Of a stretch of 64,000 nt of DNA, positions 1 to 7,771 are shown piece after piece (positions within the stretch are counted from its first letter, which is position 1; the number at the start of each line of letters is the position of its first letter). The stretch is from the IMG/VR virus record IMGVR_UViG_3300009085_000002, positions 1 through 64,000 of that record; one strand, written 5' to 3'. Source of the stretch: a virus. Below the pieces are notes generated by a model. It saw only the letters and a program-made list of their open reading frames with translations. It did not search any database and was not told the origin of the DNA. The position numbers and the translations under genes were made by a program.

Positions 1-385
1 GTCTGCCTCTAAGGTCTATTTCTTGATAGGATAGTATTTCAGATCCAGCATATACTATATTATTATCAAGCATATTAGTATATCCACGATCTGTACCTTT
101 ATATATAATACCTCCTAGAGTTATTTTTAGCAGAACTAAAGTACTGATGTTTGAGCTATGATAATGTTTTCTTGCTACTGCAAGTTTTTTTAATATTGTG
201 CATAATTTAAATTGCTTCATTATATAATTATAGTTGAATACATTTACAGATTCACGAGGAGAATTAATTTTACCTAAATCTATTCTACTTCTAACTATAT
301 GAGAATAGTACGTATCTTTCTCTTTCCAGCATAATTTATATCCTGTTACAGTTTTTAGTTTTGTTTTCTTGTTTATATCACACAT
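1..385 (-). CDS. hypothetical early protein, partial (runs off window start)
   Basis: Hand-translated open frame from ATG at 385 (MCDINKKTKLKTVTGYKLCW...) with no stop before position 1; starts just after the stop of the 388-717 ORF. Confidence 0.7.
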   Translation of the reverse strand, partial: MCDINKKTKLKTVTGYKLCWKEKDTYYSHIVRSRIDLGKINSPRESVNVFNYNYIMKQFKLCTILKKLAVARKHYHSSNISTLVLLKITLGGIIYKGTDRGYTNMLDNNIVYAGSEILSYQEIDLRGR

Positions 386-387
386 AT

Positions 388-717
388 TTATGACTTCTTA
401 ATTAGATCTAATACTGCTTGAGCGCTCTTTTTAGTTCTATAATTAAACCATTTATTAAAAGGATGATTTTCTTGGCCACAACCTGCTTCATCTAAATCAT
501 TATAATCCTTTATTTTTAATCTTATTGGACATTTTCCACAGTTTAGTAATGTTTTAGTTCTGGTACTAAAATATAATTTACAATAAGCACAATGATTTGT
601 AAGACTTTTTAATTGTGGGTGTTCACTAAGTAAATCCCAAGGGTCATAGTCACCTCCGCATTTAACTATATATTCCCATTTTAGTATACATAGTTCTTTT
701 GCTTCTTTTTTATTCAT
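388..717 (-). CDS. hypothetical Cys-rich (putative metal-binding) phage protein
   Basis: CAYC and CGKCP motifs in a 109-aa ORF. Confidence 0.7.
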   Translation of the reverse strand: MNKKEAKELCILKWEYIVKCGGDYDPWDLLSEHPQLKSLTNHCAYCKLYFSTRTKTLLNCGKCPIRLKIKDYNDLDEAGCGQENHPFNKWFNYRTKKSAQAVLDLIKKS

Positions 718-745
718 ATATTATAATTTATTATTTAATTTAAAT

Positions 746-785
746 AAAAACCTTAGTTACTAGTTATACTTTCACTAAGGTTTTT
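746..785. terminator. intrinsic terminator-like hairpin (bidirectional)
   Basis: AAAAACCTTAGT ... ACTAAGGTTTTT inverted repeat between genes. Confidence 0.7.
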
Positions 786-799
786 GTCTAATAAATTTT

Positions 800-973
800 T
801 TAAAAAAAGTACTTTTGGGTTATAGGGGGAGGAATACTCCAACCTTCACACCAATTGTACCAATACCATTGCTGGGTCACAGAATCCCATTTTTTAATCC
901 AACAATCAGGTCCTTCACCTGCTATAATCTTACTTATCTCTTCTTGAGATAAGGGTTTTTTTCTAATATTCAT
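800..973 (-). CDS. small Trp-rich protein, WW-domain-like
   Basis: Likely start ATG 973 (MNIRKKPLSQ...) downstream of a TATATTTG element; contains WIKKWDSVTQQWYWYNWCEGWSIPPP. Confidence 0.55.
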   Translation of the reverse strand: MNIRKKPLSQEEISKIIAGEGPDCWIKKWDSVTQQWYWYNWCEGWSIPPPITQKYFF

Positions 974-1006
974 AATTAATAAAGTTATTTTGTAAAATGT
1001 ATTTTG

Positions 1007-1014
1007 CAAATATA
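1007..1014 (-). promoter_or_regulatory. Bacteroidota -7 promoter element (weak -33)
   Basis: TATATTTG on the minus strand ~35 nt upstream of ATG 973. Confidence 0.5.
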
Positions 1015-1043
1015 GTAAAAAATGTAAAACATACATTATAATG

Positions 1044-1469
1044 TTATTTTAAAGTATTCATGTATTTAAGTACTTCTTGAATATCTTTTTTATCTACTCT
1101 AACACACCCTACTTTGATATAATCTTTATTATATTCTATACTATATTCATCAAGATCTGTAACTTCTGGTAAAATATATTTAAATTTAGGATCTAAAGTT
1201 ATAGAAATAATTTTTACATTACAGCTTTCTATTTCTTCCATTGTACCATTATTAACAGCCCAAGAATATCTATAACCTAATTTATTATTACAGTTTACCC
1301 CACTCATTATATTTTGACATAAATAAATAAAAGCTTCTTCTTCATCTTTATATATTCTTCCTGTACATTTTTTACCTCCAATTATTGCAGTAAATTTGCT
1401 ACCAGTAGGTATATTTTCCCAGTTAGGTATTTTTGTTGTTTTTATTGTAAATAAATCTGTATCTTTCAT
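1044..1469 (-). CDS. hypothetical protein
   Basis: 141-aa ORF in the tightly packed minus-strand cluster; IYLCQN...LGYRYSW motif. Confidence 0.75.
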   Translation of the reverse strand: MKDTDLFTIKTTKIPNWENIPTGSKFTAIIGGKKCTGRIYKDEEEAFIYLCQNIMSGVNCNNKLGYRYSWAVNNGTMEEIESCNVKIISITLDPKFKYILPEVTDLDEYSIEYNKDYIKVGCVRVDKKDIQEVLKYMNTLK

Positions 1470-1482
1470 AGTTATTATTAAT

Positions 1483-1767
1483 TTAATTTCTTTTAAAAGT
1501 ACAATCAGGCTTACCTATTTTAGTTAATGAATTAGTAGAGATAAAAAGAATATTTTCATCTGGATAAATTCTATTAAATTCTGATTCAAATTCACTTTCA
1601 GCTCTCAAATACTCTTCATTTGTCACATAGAAATCCGTAGGCAGTATTTCTATAATATGAGTATTAGTAGTTGACTTTAATTTATAATTAATTGTTATAT
1701 CTATGTTATTAAAATACTTAATAATATCATTAAACCATTCAAATATAAATTCTTTTGGTGTTATCAT
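1483..1767 (-). CDS. hypothetical protein
   Basis: 94-aa ORF overlapping the upstream stop (ATGA-type coupling). Confidence 0.7.
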   Translation of the reverse strand: MITPKEFIFEWFNDIIKYFNNIDITINYKLKSTTNTHIIEILPTDFYVTNEEYLRAESEFESEFNRIYPDENILFISTNSLTKIGKPDCTFKRN

Positions 1768-2018
1768 TTTTCTAAATCGTAGTTAAAAAGTTTACTTAGT
1801 AATTTTGATTTATTGGCTTTATATTCAATAATACCTAAACTACATATAATAATTAAGAATATAAATACTATTGTATTACAAAAAGGAATAATCCAGCTAA
1901 TATTAAATGTACAACTTTTACTTGATAATATATCATATTTATAAAGTACTCTGTATAACCATCTTATTCCTATAACAGATAGAATGTAAATTATTAAAAT
2001 TATAATTAGTATTTTCAT
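1764..2018 (-). CDS. hypothetical membrane protein (2 TM)
   Basis: Two hydrophobic stretches. Confidence 0.7.
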   Translation of the reverse strand: MKILIIILIIYILSVIGIRWLYRVLYKYDILSSKSCTFNISWIIPFCNTIVFIFLIIICSLGIIEYKANKSKLLSKLFNYDLEK

Positions 2019-2019
2019 A

Positions 2020-2808
2020 TTAGTTCATTTTTTCATTAGTTATTAATTCATCACTAGCTTCTTTACCCCATGCAGTTATTATTAAATAGTGCTTTATATA
2101 TTTGAATATAACTGGTTGCAAAACAATTGGATCTGGAATGGGTTTTTTAATTAATTGATAGCTTTTTATTTCTGTATTCTTTAAATTAAAATATGATGGT
2201 GGTGCAACAATTTCTAATGAGCATTTTAAAAACTTATAATCAGAACTTGAATGATTGTTTTCCTTTTCTTTTAAATATTTTTTATACTCTTGTTTAGATA
2301 TGTATGCAGAATAAGGATCTCTATCATAATTTGCTGATAAGGTACTAATAATTATAAAACATTTATCATTTTCATCAATTTTAAATTCTTCAATTCTTTG
2401 TAAATTTTCATCAGGTACTGTATCAATATAATTATTGATTGAACTATAAATTAATTTATATTTATTACATATTTTCTTAACCGAGTCCTCAGTAATAAAT
2501 TTATATATAGGGTATTTAATAGAGAAATAATTAATTGACTCTATTAAATCTTGTTTTAATTCATTTTCTTTTTTTAGCTCATCTAACCTACTAATTTCTA
2601 CTTTTGCTTCCTGAACTTCTTTTGTATTAATAAATCCTAATTTTTCTAAACGCTCAGATTTATTAATTAATAATTGTTTATCTGTATCTAAACTATTATA
2701 TATTTTTGCTTCTTGTAATAGTTTATCTACTTCAGTATAAAATGTTTCATGAATTTCTTCAATGATTTTATTTGTGTCTTTATTAATAACTTTTTTAAAT
2801 AAATTCAT
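2020..2808 (-). CDS. hypothetical phage protein
   Basis: Long ORF, probable start MNLFKKV; C-terminal PDPIVLQPV...YLIITAWG motif. Confidence 0.75.
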   Translation of the reverse strand: MNLFKKVINKDTNKIIEEIHETFYTEVDKLLQEAKIYNSLDTDKQLLINKSERLEKLGFINTKEVQEAKVEISRLDELKKENELKQDLIESINYFSIKYPIYKFITEDSVKKICNKYKLIYSSINNYIDTVPDENLQRIEEFKIDENDKCFIIISTLSANYDRDPYSAYISKQEYKKYLKEKENNHSSSDYKFLKCSLEIVAPPSYFNLKNTEIKSYQLIKKPIPDPIVLQPVIFKYIKHYLIITAWGKEASDELITNEKMN

Positions 2809-2954
2809 ATTATTATGTTTAATTATAGTTTTAATTTCCACCACTCAATTCTTATATGAATAGCAAAATACTTACACTGTATAAAGATAAAATATTCACT
2901 AAATGGATTTGGAATCTAAATAATTTATTTATAAAATTTTTCATAAGCCTAACA

Positions 2955-3134
2955 TTATTGTTTTATTAAATTTATTTCTGGTCTTAATGTTGATTCTTTA
3001 TATACACATTTATTAGTTTGATAAGGATATTCTATACAACCTCTACCACCCATTTCATACCATTTTCTTTTAACTTGTTTGCATTTGCACCATGCACCCA
3101 GATTATTAAATTTACAATCAATTTTTATTGTCAT
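2955..3134 (-). CDS. small Cys-rich protein (59 aa, not in ORF track)
   Basis: Hand translation MTIKIDCKFNNLGAWCKCKQVKRKWYEMGGRGCIEYPYQTNKCVYKESTLRPEINLIKQ*. Confidence 0.55.
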   Translation of the reverse strand: MTIKIDCKFNNLGAWCKCKQVKRKWYEMGGRGCIEYPYQTNKCVYKESTLRPEINLIKQ

Positions 3135-3232
3135 GATTAATTATATTAAAATAAGATTAAATTCATTTGTATTTAAACAAAATTTCTATTTTAGTTTTTT
3201 ATTGGGTAAAATGATGGTGTGTAGATGAGAGG

Positions 3233-3272
3233 TGAAAAGGGATGTAGGGGTTTATAGCACTCTACACCCTTA
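3233..3272 (-). terminator. hairpin/terminator after the 3280-3513 gene
   Basis: Minus strand AAGGGTGTAG ... CTACATCCCTT followed by TTT. Confidence 0.55.
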
Positions 3273-3279
3273 TGAATCC

Positions 3280-3513
3280 TCATTTACAGTAATTACCATT
3301 AAACTTATGACCTCTTATTACTAATGGTACATTAAGACTACATTTAACCAATTTAGTGCTGTTAGGTATTCTAATTTCCTTAACAACACCATTAATTAGT
3401 CTAAGAATAGTTCTCTTAGATAGTCTTCTTTGTTGTCTATTAATACCATCACTTGTAGGATTGAATCCTTTAGGTAATGCTTTAATTTGCTCATGATTTA
3501 GTGGTGTGTTCAT
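3280..3513 (-). CDS. hypothetical basic protein
   Basis: 77-aa ORF containing NRQQRR. Confidence 0.65.
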   Translation of the reverse strand: MNTPLNHEQIKALPKGFNPTSDGINRQQRRLSKRTILRLINGVVKEIRIPNSTKLVKCSLNVPLVIRGHKFNGNYCK

Positions 3514-3550
3514 AATATAATTATTTTAAAGTTAATAGTCAATTAAAAAT

Positions 3551-3712
3551 GTCTAGGTTACTAACCTTTGACCAGGTTACTGTGAGTAGAAGCTTTTTAC
3601 TACAAGTTTAACACCATGTAGGTTTAACACCAAGGGTTTAAGACTTATAATCCTTCTACATTCCTAGACTATTTACTGAGACTTCCTTTACTCAGTAAAC
3701 CACAGTGGAAGT
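3551..3712 (-). ncRNA. putative structured RNA element with pseudoknots (strand inferred from flanking genes)
   Basis: Six complementary segment pairs and an 11-nt direct repeat within a 210-nt intergenic gap. Confidence 0.5.
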
Positions 3713-3724
3713 ATTTTAGAATAG

Positions 3725-3958
3725 TTAATTTTTATAGTCATATAATTCTTCATATAGCTCTTTAGCCAACTTCTCAAGAACTATTCTTTTATTTTCTCCT
3801 TGTAATCCTGTTTTTTCATAGTATAAATTACTAGGTAATCTATAAAAAACAGTAATAATTGGATTATGATCTGGTCCAGTTTTACTAACTACACCATTTT
3901 CTAATGCAGCTCCAAATTCTTTTTGAACTGTTTCTGCTAATTTAACTCTATAGTCCAT
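3725..3958 (-). CDS. stand-alone double-stranded RNA-binding domain (DSRM)-like protein
   Basis: MDYRVKLAETVQKEFG...KTGPDHNPIITVFY...GENKRIVLEKLAKELYEEL follows the RNase III dsRBD pattern (DYKtxLqE, GPdH, KKxAEqxAAk). Confidence 0.6.
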   Translation of the reverse strand: MDYRVKLAETVQKEFGAALENGVVSKTGPDHNPIITVFYRLPSNLYYEKTGLQGENKRIVLEKLAKELYEELYDYKN

Positions 3959-4016
3959 AATATAATTATTTAAGTGAATAATCAAAAAGCAATTCTACCA
4001 ACAATTACTATAGGTA

Positions 4017-4253
4017 TTAGTATAACTCATTATACCATTCTATAGCTTCTGTTAGTGAATCTGTAAACTTATTAAATAGTAATTTATGTTCTTTAGCATT
4101 ATTACTTTGAGTTACACAAAATTTAGAACATATTTTATCATTCTCTATTGTAAAATGAATGAATAGTCTTTTTAATTCTTTAACAGAACTTGCTAATATA
4201 TAAGTATGTTCTATTATATTATTAAGATCTATTACATTTATTGTGTGTTTCAT
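4017..4253 (-). CDS. hypothetical protein
   Basis: 78-aa ORF. Confidence 0.65.
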   Translation of the reverse strand: MKHTINVIDLNNIIEHTYILASSVKELKRLFIHFTIENDKICSKFCVTQSNNAKEHKLLFNKFTDSLTEAIEWYNELY

Positions 4254-4387
4254 ATAGATAAAATTAAGAAAAACTGGAGGATATAAAACAAAACCTAAAA
4301 CATTATTTAATACTAAAACAGATATATGAAAAAAAAATCTAGTAAATGAGTCACAATTAAAAGAACGAAATATCCTCCAGTATATTT

Positions 4388-4561
4388 TTAGTTAGATAAA
4401 TATAAGAATAATGTCCAGCTTATTATTACTAATACAAGATGTATCATGTTGTAAGTTGTATACTTATTACTATAGTATCTATTTATCACATAATTTATAC
4501 CACTGATTATATAAGTTATTGATAAAGATAAACTAATTGCAAATACAATATAATACCACAT
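4388..4561 (-). CDS. small 2-TM membrane protein (57 aa, not in ORF track)
   Basis: Hand translation MWYYIVFAISLSLSITYIISGINYVINRYYSNKYTTYNMIHLVLVIISWTLFLYLSN*. Confidence 0.55.
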   Translation of the reverse strand: MWYYIVFAISLSLSITYIISGINYVINRYYSNKYTTYNMIHLVLVIISWTLFLYLSN

Positions 4562-4592
4562 ATTATTTAGTTTTAAGTTAAATTCAAAGTAA

Positions 4593-4618
4593 CTACAGAG
4601 TATTATTAACTCTGTAGT
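4593..4618 (-). terminator. hairpin after the 4620-4868 gene
   Basis: ACTACAGAG...CTCTGTAGT inverted repeat. Confidence 0.5.
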
Positions 4619-4619
4619 A

Positions 4620-4868
4620 TTAGTTCATTGACTCTAAACTCTCTAAGTTTATAAATAAATCTTCTTTTGACAATGTGTCATTATAGAAGTATATATTTAG
4701 AGAGTCAGATCTTTTATTATTAGAGTTAGTTGGCATATTTTCCAACACTCTAATCATTTCTTTTTCAATCTTAATTGTTTGATATTTGTAATATAAATAA
4801 GTTACAAATATACCTAATGCAAATGCACCAGAAAAAACAAAGAAGATTATTAATGATAGTTTAAGCAT
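4620..4868 (-). CDS. hypothetical membrane-anchored protein
   Basis: N-terminal hydrophobic helix. Confidence 0.65.
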   Translation of the reverse strand: MLKLSLIIFFVFSGAFALGIFVTYLYYKYQTIKIEKEMIRVLENMPTNSNNKRSDSLNIYFYNDTLSKEDLFINLESLESMN

Positions 4869-4891
4869 AGTGGTAGATTTAATTAATTAAT

Positions 4892-4924
4892 AAAAACCTA
4901 AGAGGACTATTATATCCTCTTAGG
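4892..4924 (-). terminator. intrinsic terminator
   Basis: CCTAAGAGGA...TCCTCTTAGG stem with T-run on the minus strand. Confidence 0.65.
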
Positions 4925-4973
4925 AAATGTCTAAATTAATTTTATGTAATACAAAAGTTGAATAGAACTAAAT

Positions 4974-5063
4974 CTATCCAATAAGATTAATAGCTATTAC
5001 AGCTAAGCTAGCTACAAAAACTATACTATAGAATATTGTAGCAGAAATTTCTAAAGTTTTCAT
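4974..5063 (-). CDS. 29-aa single-TM peptide (not in ORF track)
   Basis: MKTLEISATIFYSIVFVASLAVIAINLIG*, lying between two hairpins. Confidence 0.45.
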   Translation of the reverse strand: MKTLEISATIFYSIVFVASLAVIAINLIG

Positions 5064-5106
5064 ACTAATAAGTTTAAGATTAAATATATAAGATTAAAGA
5101 AAATAC

Positions 5107-5137
5107 AAAAGAGAAAGCAGGAAATTAATCCTGCTTA
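5107..5137 (-). terminator. intrinsic terminator
   Basis: AAGCAGGA-AATTAA-TCCTGCTT followed by a T-rich tract on the minus strand, right after the 5147 stop. Confidence 0.65.
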
Positions 5138-5146
5138 ATTAGCTTA

Positions 5147-5518
5147 CTAAGCTTCTGAACCTTCTTTAATAGAAGCTCTAGTTGTACTGGCAACTTCTAT
5201 TGGTTCAATTTCAAACATATCTGCTGGGCCATATTTATGGCAATACTCTGCAATTTCCAGAGCAGATACTTCAGCAACTTTAGTATAAGTAAACCTTCTT
5301 CCATAAGTAGGATCAGCCTCAACTTCTCTTACTTGAAATAAGTAGGACTTACCTACCTGTAGTTGCATATTTTCTGCTATTGTACCAGAAAGTACATTCC
5401 TGTTAGGAAATATTCCTGACAATACATTAAGAATTACAGGTTCCTTACCATTTTTGTCTAATGATGCATTAGGACCATTAAACTTACTAGCTACTGCTAA
5501 AATTAGTGCGTTAAACAT
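5147..5518 (-). CDS. first gene of the early cluster; hypothetical beta-rich (possibly OB-fold) protein
   Basis: 123-aa ORF, DKNGKEPVIL...PNRNVLSGTIAE...GKSYLFQVRE...YGRRF; has its own terminator. Confidence 0.7.
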   Translation of the reverse strand: MFNALILAVASKFNGPNASLDKNGKEPVILNVLSGIFPNRNVLSGTIAENMQLQVGKSYLFQVREVEADPTYGRRFTYTKVAEVSALEIAEYCHKYGPADMFEIEPIEVASTTRASIKEGSEA

Positions 5519-5744
5519 AACTTTAAATTTTAAAAATTAATACATAAATTACACTGGCAATAAGCAAATGGGTACTCCCATCAGCCCAATGCAAACTTTG
5601 GTGGGGGTGCTTTAGGGTAGGTACTACTCATACCTGGTAACATAGATAATTTTGATAATTTTATGTTTAGTAATATAAAGTACTATATTTAAATAAATAT
5701 AATTTAACTAAATATGTGCTATTTATATGTCTTTAGATATAATA

Positions 5745-5845
5745 AATAAAAAATCCCTGAGTAGTTAGAGTTACATGCAGGGATTTGAGGAATTGCTCAT
5801 GACTATTAATTGTAATACCATGCAAGCAATTATTGAATTAAAGAT
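5745..5845 (-). ncRNA. putative ~100-nt small RNA (or 16-aa peptide unit)
   Basis: Consensus promoter at 5850-5881, hairpin 5791-5831, terminator AAATCCCTG/CAGGGATTT plus T-run. Confidence 0.5.
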
Positions 5846-5849
5846 ATAG

Positions 5850-5881
5850 CAAAGATAATACTAAAAAAATTAAAAATCAAG
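5850..5881 (-). promoter_or_regulatory. Bacteroidota primary-sigma promoter (leftward)
   Basis: CTTG-N20-TATCTTTG. Confidence 0.7.
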
Positions 5882-5911
5882 TAAAATTAAATAAAAATAA
5901 TTAAAAATAAA

Positions 5912-5943
5912 TTTGCATAATATATTAATTTTTATTATATTTG
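5912..5943 (+). promoter_or_regulatory. Bacteroidota primary-sigma promoter (rightward, start of late block)
   Basis: TTTG-N20-TATATTTG. Confidence 0.8.
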
Positions 5944-5960
5944 CTAAAGAAATTTGTTAT

Positions 5961-6353
5961 ATGTCACATCAACTAATAATTGTTATTGTACCCTGGTTAT
6001 TATTAATTTTAGAAGGACTATCTGAAGGCTTATATGATAAAGATTTTAAAAGTTTATCTAAGAAATTTCAGGCATTACTAATTATTTCATGTTTTATATT
6101 TCTTCCACAGTTATCCTGGTGGAAAGAAATGAGTTTATTTTTTGTAGTTTATTTAAGTTATAGAATACCAGTAATAAATCTTACTTATAATAATGTAAGA
6201 GAGTTTAATTGGTATTTTTTAGGTACTACTTCTATAACTGATAGAATTGTTAAAGTTATTTCCAGAAGAATTCCTTTATGGTTTATATATACATTTTTAT
6301 TTATGGTGGGTATATTAGTAACTGCATTAGGATTTTATTATAAATTTGTTTAA
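5961..6353 (+). CDS. multi-TM membrane protein
   Basis: Start reassigned to ATG 5961 because the track's TTG 5913 lies in the promoter -33 box; several hydrophobic helices. Confidence 0.7.
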   Translation: MSHQLIIVIVPWLLLILEGLSEGLYDKDFKSLSKKFQALLIISCFIFLPQLSWWKEMSLFFVVYLSYRIPVINLTYNNVREFNWYFLGTTSITDRIVKVISRRIPLWFIYTFLFMVGILVTALGFYYKFV

Positions 6354-6654
6354 TATAAAAATTAAAATTATGCATTATTATGAATTAATACAATTTCTAA
6401 TTAAAGAATCCCTAGAGAGAGGTATAAAACCTACGATTCTTGTACTAGACAAATTAACTAGAAAAGAATTTTTTAAAGATTCCATGATTAATATACAACA
6501 TTTAGATGGAAGTTTTGTATATTCTTCCAAAGAAATAGAAGATATTTTAGAGAAAAAGGAAATTAAATTAATAACTTTGTCTGGAATTGATTTATCTATA
6601 GAACAAAGTGATGAGATAGAATCATTTAATAAAATACATATAGAACTAAAATGA
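6346..6654 (+). CDS. hypothetical protein
   Basis: 102-aa ORF overlapping its neighbours. Confidence 0.65.
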   Translation: MFNIKIKIMHYYELIQFLIKESLERGIKPTILVLDKLTRKEFFKDSMINIQHLDGSFVYSSKEIEDILEKKEIKLITLSGIDLSIEQSDEIESFNKIHIELK

Positions 6655-7127
6655 AAAAATTACTAAAAGATTTATTTTTTGATTATTATCTTCCTAAAAT
6701 AGGTTTAGGATTTTTATTGATTCTTATAGGAGATATTTATTATGATTATATTGTAGGTTTCTGTATATTTATACTAGGGGTACTTATACTAGGAATTACT
6801 TTTTTAACTAGTCTATATTTTGCAATAAAAAATCTAAATATAATAAGTAAAATAAAGAGATTTAAGGCAACTCAACTTAGAAAAAGATATGCTAGGGCAC
6901 ATACTACCTTAGATAGTGAGGGGTTTATTAAGATACTTCATTATAAAAATTCGTGTTACTATAAAGATTACTATGTAGAATCTAATATAATTAAAGATGC
7001 CTGTAGAACTAGAAAACAATTAGAAAAAGAGTTTTTAAAAGTAAGAACTGAATATATAAATAATTTACTGGAAATAGATGAATTAAAATTAGAAATACTA
7101 TATCTAAATAAAAAATATGAAAAATAA
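6651..7127 (+). CDS. hypothetical membrane protein
   Basis: Two N-terminal TM helices. Confidence 0.65.
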   Translation: MKKLLKDLFFDYYLPKIGLGFLLILIGDIYYDYIVGFCIFILGVLILGITFLTSLYFAIKNLNIISKIKRFKATQLRKRYARAHTTLDSEGFIKILHYKNSCYYKDYYVESNIIKDACRTRKQLEKEFLKVRTEYINNLLEIDELKLEILYLNKKYEK

Positions 7128-7482
7128 AGTTATAAAACTTAAAATAAAAAGTCCAATTGGCTGGGTATATTTTAATGATTGGAAAGAATTAAAGTTTATA
7201 ACTAGTGATTGTATAGGTTATTTTACACGAATAAGAAGATCTTATGAAAGTAAACCTATTACAAAAATTAAATATATGATCCCAGGAAAGAACAAGAATG
7301 AATTTACATTAATATTTCAAGAGTCGTGGTTTAATAAAGGAGATATATTAGAAACTCAGGATAAACTCAAATATAAAGTAGTTAAAGTTTATAAATATAA
7401 TTGGTATAGGAAATTACGTAATTTTTTAGGATTAAGTTTTAAATCATCTAAATGTATTAAAGTAAAAGAGTGTGGAAAATAA
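7117..7482 (+). CDS. hypothetical protein with a capsid-like segment
   Basis: GKNKNEFTLIFQESWFNKGDIL resembles MCP segment GKGLSTFYMHFAENYFGKSEQI. Confidence 0.6.
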   Translation: MKNKVIKLKIKSPIGWVYFNDWKELKFITSDCIGYFTRIRRSYESKPITKIKYMIPGKNKNEFTLIFQESWFNKGDILETQDKLKYKVVKVYKYNWYRKLRNFLGLSFKSSKCIKVKECGK

Positions 7483-7771
7483 TATTTTAGATTTTAAAAA
7501 GAGATTATTAATTAATGAAGAAATAGAATGTAAAAATAATACTTCTATTAAGTTAGGGCCACTAAAAAGTACAAGATTACAAGAGAATATATCTTATACT
7601 TTCCATTTATGCTCTAAGTTTCATAGTGAATATATTTTTGGAGAATCTTTTAGGGATTTAATCACTTTAGATAAGGAGGATATAGAATATTTTAAGAGGA
7701 AATATTTACCTAAATTAGAAGAAGAATTAAATAATAAATTAGAAAATATTAAAAAAGAGTATGGAAAATAA
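7472..7771 (+). CDS. hypothetical protein
   Basis: 99-aa ORF, translationally coupled. Confidence 0.65.
   Translation: MENNILDFKKRLLINEEIECKNNTSIKLGPLKSTRLQENISYTFHLCSKFHSEYIFGESFRDLITLDKEDIEYFKRKYLPKLEEELNNKLENIKKEYGK

Noticed and set aside
3606-3640. GTTTAACACCA repeats as a CRISPR mini-array
   Set aside because: Only two 11-nt copies, 5 nt apart; no spacer-length intervals and no cas genes
5913-5960. Track start codons at 5913, 1036, 25262 and 28664
   Set aside because: They fall in promoter elements or overlap other genes; downstream ATGs at 5961, 973, 25316 and 28784 fit better
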